From assembly GCA_028534125.1 (NCBI GenBank), contig CM052818.1, positions 45,386,001 through 45,450,000 on the forward strand: a stretch of 64,000 bases of DNA. The letters run 5' to 3'. Under the pieces are notes generated by a model. The model had not been told where the DNA came from, did not search any database, and saw nothing but the letters and a program-made list of their open reading frames with translations. Positions 62,952-64,000 of the stretch are shown here, one piece after another. This DNA is from Lama glama. Taxonomy: Eukaryota. Every line of letters starts with the position of its first letter. Positions within the stretch are counted from its first letter, which is position 1. Made by a program: the position numbers and the translations under genes.

Positions 62952-64000
62952 CAGCTTTAACTTCATTTTCGATAAAGACATACAAATTAGTCATGAGATA
63001 GTATTTTTTTAACTTATCATTTTATAGCCTCTCCCCCAAATGTAAATTGAAACCAAAGTCACTTGATAGAAAAAACCAGCACCAGCACACTTGACAAATA
63101 TTAACCCAGTGCTTCTCTCCCTGAAGTCCCTGGGGCCCAGCTCCCAGCCTCACTGCTGCAGGAGGCTCCCGGGGGGGGGGGGGGGGCTGGCAGTTCTGAG
63201 TGGTTTCAGGATGGAGGCGCCCCCAAGGAACCCAAGGGCAGAGTCGCGCTGTGTGTATTTTTCATTCATCCATGTTATTTATGCATATAAATTCAACCCA
63301 CAGACACTGGGCACAGCCTGGGCTGGGCGCTTAGAATTCCAGGGGCCAGGGCAATGGCAGCTCTGCCAGCTGGTGAAGTGGGTCCCGATCGTAACAGTAT
63401 AGATGAGCAGGGGTGCCTGGGGTGCACACTGGCCCCTCACTCTTCCACTGCTGCCCTAGGCTCTGCTCTGCAAGTTCCCAAGGTCCAAGATGACAGCGGA
63501 AGCTGCTGAGAAATGAGTCGGCCATGCCAAGGACCTATCCAGGTTCCCGGAGCAACATGCAAACCAGTCAGCTTGGGATGCCAGCTGGCAGAGGCTCTCC
63601 CGGAACGCTGGCTTCCCTGGATGCGCCTGTGGACGTGCCTTCTCCCAGCCAACCTTTCCTTCCTTCTTCAGGGGCCTGTTCTCTGGGCTCCTGGCTGCAC
63701 CTGAGGCCTGAATCTGGTGATTCTCATTTGCGTGGAAAGGAATTCTGACACGGTAGCCCAGTGCAGTGCCCTAAATGGGTTTGTCAAACAAATCAGAATC
63801 CTTGAGTGTCACCACTGGGCAGTCCCCCAACGTTATGCAGTCCACACTAACGTGACCTAAACAGGGGCTGGCCCATGACGGAGACATCCCTGCACTTAAG
63901 ACAGCCCCTTCTGCTTCTCAATGCACCTTACTAGAAAATTTTTCTTAAATGTTCCCCTTAGTGGTTTACAACCATGCATCCTTAGAGCAGCCCCAATCAG

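Noticed and set aside
63171..63186. G16 homopolymer
   Set aside because: A simple repeat with an unreliable length; no supporting context.
1..64000. Prokaryotic-type systems (CRISPR, operons, defence islands)
   Set aside because: The sequence is mammalian repeat-rich DNA with no gene-dense ORF structure or repeat-spacer arrays.

Overview
This is GC-rich mammalian genomic DNA, most likely intergenic or intronic. It is probably camelid, inferred from two tRNA-Ala-derived SINEs resembling the Vic-1 family and from young artiodactyl-type L1 3' ends. I find no credible protein-coding gene: the supplied ORFs are chance ORFs or lie in decayed repeats. The window is dominated by transposable-element fossils. 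(1) A decayed ERVL provirus (~36.6-41.3 kb, +) has recognisable gag, protease, RT (YSDD at the YxDD position) and RNase H, and is interrupted by an ERV1-type solo LTR, a MaLR LTR and a ~140-bp internal duplication. (2) A hAT/Charlie-type transposase fossil (~24.2-27.6 kb, -) carries two SINEs and a MER21 LTR; that LTR in turn holds a TSD-flanked chimeric insert of an L1 fragment plus a non-L1, mRNA-3'-end-like sequence. (3) The rest is many MaLR/MLT2/MER21/MER41-like LTRs, L1, L2, MIR, MER53 and MER5 copies. There are also a few candidate regulatory or non-coding-exon segments. Repeat family names come from recognition by eye, and boundaries are approximate unless a TSD is given. I cannot support a new biological system here.
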